64,000 bases of DNA from an uncultured Chitinophaga sp. (GTDB lineage: Bacteria > Bacteroidota > Bacteroidia > Bacteroidales > GCA-2748055), in NCBI GenBank assembly GCA_964349045.1, contig CAYGFI010000002.1, positions 39,879 to 103,878 of the forward strand, given 5' to 3'. How positions within the stretch are numbered: position 1 is the stretch's first letter; each line of letters opens with the position of its first letter. Below, in pieces: positions 61,988 to 64,000 of the stretch. Under the pieces are notes generated by a model. It did no database searches, had not been told where the DNA came from, and worked only from the letters and a program-made list of their open reading frames with translations. Position numbers and translations under genes: made by a program.

Positions 61988-63356
61988 TTTCGCGAACATA
62001 ATTATAGGTCTCTTTCCCGCGACAATAGCCGTTATGCACTATAGGGTCATTATAGTATTCAGGCTGTGACTTATTCAACAGGTACGTTTCGACATTATTT
62101 TCCCACAAATCCGGATCTCCACCATATTTCACGGTCAGATTAATGGCATCCCGTACATGTCCATATCCTATATTATAAGAAGCCAGTACAAATTTAGCCC
62201 TTTCATGGGGGTCCTGAATCTCATTTATAAATCGCTTTTCAAGTTTTTCAACCAGTCTAATACCTGCTTTGATCTGTGCTTCAGGAGATGATTTTTGGCT
62301 AACCCCCAGTTTTTGGGCTGTTTGTGGCATAAGTTGCATAATACCGAAGGCTCCTGCCCATGACGTTACGTTAGGATTAAATCTAGATTCCTGGTATATC
62401 ATAGATGCGAGAAGACGCCAGTCCCATCCTATTTTCTCTGCTTCTGTTTTAATAATCTGGTCATATCTTGACATTTTACCGGTTTCCGGATAATAGTAAT
62501 CACTTTTAACGATAAACGCAGATCTTTCGCTATTGAAGTACTTATTATAAATAACAGCATATTTACTGGATTTCCTGAAAATATGCAGCCAGGTATCAAT
62601 CTCCTTTTTAAGTTCAACGGAACCTTTTCTTACAGCCCATGCCTGATTTTGAGAAAATGAAATGGCCGTTTCAATATCAATTTCCGGATAATAGGTTTTA
62701 TTTACCTGAGCCAGGTTCTGGTCAGCGATGGTAAATTCTATGTCTCCATTCGCTACCATTTTTATCAGTTGCTCAGTTTCGGTAGGGACTTCAATGATTT
62801 CAATATCCTCGCCAATTTCGTCCTGAAGATTCTGAAGTCTTGCAGAATAGGAAGAGTTCTGTCGCACATAAATGGTTTTTCCCGCGAGATCAATGGGATT
62901 ACGTATCAGGTTAATATTTTCTGATTTAGATGGATTATTTTTCCGTTGAACCAAAACCTGAGAGGTTTGGCTATGAGGTATAGTAAAATCGACCCATTCC
63001 CGTCGTGAATTTGTAACCGTAAGGTTGGAAGCAATAATATCAAAATCACCGCTGATAAGATTTTCAAAGTTAGCTGCTACATCGTTATTAGCTTTTAATT
63101 CGAGTTTTATGTTCAGATACGCTGTAAGTTCACGGAGCATTTCATATTGAAATCCCATGGGTTGACCCCGGTAAATAAAATAATTTATCGAATTATAATC
63201 AGTAACAACCGTCAGTTTTCCTTTTTCCCTGATTTGAGTCAGATCGATAGTCTGAGCTTCAACGATCTTTGGGCTTACCTCGTCCGTTTTACAGGAATAC
63301 GATCCCGGAATTATCGAAATTAAAAATAAGGAAATAATATATATAAAAATTTTCAT
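61923..63356 (-). CDS. mltF: MltF-like lytic transglycosylase (solute-binding-protein-like domain plus SLT domain)
   Basis: Signal peptide MKIFIYIISLFLISIIPGSYSC. ..LTVVTDYNSINYFIYRGQPMGFQYEML.. is the SBP_bac_3-like half. ..LLASMIYQESRFNPNVTSWAGAFGIMQLMPQTA.. is the SLT catalytic Glu region. Maximal ORF reaches 63389. Confidence 0.8.
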   Translation of the reverse strand: MKIFIYIISLFLISIIPGSYSCKTDEVSPKIVEAQTIDLTQIREKGKLTVVTDYNSINYFIYRGQPMGFQYEMLRELTAYLNIKLELKANNDVAANFENLISGDFDIIASNLTVTNSRREWVDFTIPHSQTSQVLVQRKNNPSKSENINLIRNPIDLAGKTIYVRQNSSYSARLQNLQDEIGEDIEIIEVPTETEQLIKMVANGDIEFTIADQNLAQVNKTYYPEIDIETAISFSQNQAWAVRKGSVELKKEIDTWLHIFRKSSKYAVIYNKYFNSERSAFIVKSDYYYPETGKMSRYDQIIKTEAEKIGWDWRLLASMIYQESRFNPNVTSWAGAFGIMQLMPQTAQKLGVSQKSSPEAQIKAGIRLVEKLEKRFINEIQDPHERAKFVLASYNIGYGHVRDAINLTVKYGGDPDLWENNVETYLLNKSQPEYYNDPIVHNGYCRGKETYNYVREIMYRYDHYLNIEFVDIAQNLK

Positions 63357-63798
63357 GTCAAATTCATTTAAAAAAGATAACCTTGTCATTTAGTGTTCCT
63401 ATCATTAACACCTGAATGATTTATTTGTTCTGACTAATTTATTTTATACCTATTGCAATGTTACGCAATATTTTTATAATTAGTAGTTAAACAGTTCATT
63501 AACAACCCGTTAAATAAATATCCCACATAATTTCTCTTCGCCAACTTATAACAAAACTCATCCAGATTGTTTTATAATTATATTCTGTAAATCTTCTGTT
63601 TTATCCAAGGCAATGTCCAATTTTTATTACATATCATAGCAAAAATACATAGTAAATAGTTGGTGACAAAGGTGATAGACTATTATATATTAACTGTTAT
63701 ATAATTTTAGGTATAATTTACATCATTAAAATTTTTTATGTCTGTCCGAATCAGATAATTTCTGATTTTATTAACCTAAGTCAATATTAGAAATTTCT

Positions 63799-64000
63799 TT
63801 AGTCATAAAAAGTCCAGGATAATCCGAATTTAAGTGAACCGGGATTCATTGGATATCCGTAAGTGGTGAAATAATTATACCCTGCTATTCCGGCTAAAGC
63901 ATTCGTATATTTTACAAAGAAGCGCGTTCTTTTAACTTTCCAGTTAAGAAATCCGTCTAAAAACGGATATTCACCGATTCGGGCAATATCCTGTCGATAG
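63799..64000 (-). CDS. 3' end of an unidentified gene (possibly an outer-membrane beta-barrel protein), truncated by the window edge
   Basis: The minus-strand frame is open from the window edge to TAA (63799-63801). My hand translation: ..YRQDIARIGEYPFLDGFLNWKVKRTRFFVKYTNALAGIAGYNYFTTYGYPMNPGSLKFGLSWTFYD*. It is aromatic- and Gly-rich with an alternating pattern. It is not in the ORF track because it is short. Confidence 0.35.
   Translation of the reverse strand, partial: YRQDIARIGEYPFLDGFLNWKVKRTRFFVKYTNALAGIAGYNYFTTYGYPMNPGSLKFGLSWTFYD

Noticed and set aside
63745-63770. Hairpin gaatcaga-taatt-tctgatt followed by TTTATT, considered as a terminator for the edge gene
   Set aside because: The T-run follows the hairpin on the plus strand, but the adjacent genes are both on the minus strand. 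On the minus strand the hairpin is followed by cggacag. The stem is short (7 bp) and A/T-rich.
1-64000. tRNA, rRNA, tmRNA, riboswitches, transposases, integrases and prophage genes
   Set aside because: I scanned every intergenic spacer longer than 40 nt. None has the GC-rich cloverleaf-sized segment of a tRNA or rRNA-like conservation. No ORF has DDE, tyrosine/serine recombinase or phage structural motifs. No known riboswitch-regulated gene context was recognisable, apart from generic leaders.

Overview
This is an AT-rich chromosomal segment that looks like Bacteroidota. Three proteins end in T9SS (Por) C-terminal sorting domains, several genes are preceded by TAnnTTTG -7 boxes, and many N-termini are signal peptides or Cys-lipoprotein signals. 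I call 35 intact or edge-truncated CDS and 2 decayed gene remnants. I saw no rRNA, tRNA, CRISPR array, transposase or integrase.

Housekeeping genes are nadC, pdxH, valS, a class-I aminotransferase, a LolE-like permease, a NUDIX CoA pyrophosphatase and an MltF-like transglycosylase. They are interleaved with a very dense set of glycan-active genes: GH95, GH9, a GH35/42-like enzyme with DUF5597, GH88/105, GH5, GH3 with PA14, GH20, GH2 with a LamG insert, a BNR propeller with CBM6, a type-B carboxylesterase, an SGNH esterase, DUF1343 (NamZ-like) and DUF5009 (HGSNAT-like). There is no SusC/SusD pair.

The dominant feature is one uninterrupted 15,546-nt gene (8059-23604, minus strand, 5,181 codons, about 24% of the window). 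It encodes a signal-peptide- and T9SS-CTD-bearing mosaic of FG-GAP propellers, three copies of an Ig/beta-helix/Fn3/LamG supermodule, Asp-box repeats and Cys-rich Ig-like repeats. It is the best candidate for something undescribed.

The second recurrent signal is non-coding. At least seven intergenic spots carry 'arm-repeat' hairpins. In each, a locus-specific 7-10-nt unit is tandemly repeated on one arm and inverted on the other, or a double hairpin is tandemly duplicated. No standard feature class explains them.

Also present are two PIN-type toxin-antitoxin pairs, three solitary AAA+DUF4143 ATPases and one DUF1016 (PD-(D/E)xK) gene scattered between the glycoside hydrolase genes.

All family assignments come from motifs read by eye. 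Hand-indexed coordinates of non-coding elements and protein sub-domains may be off by a few nt.
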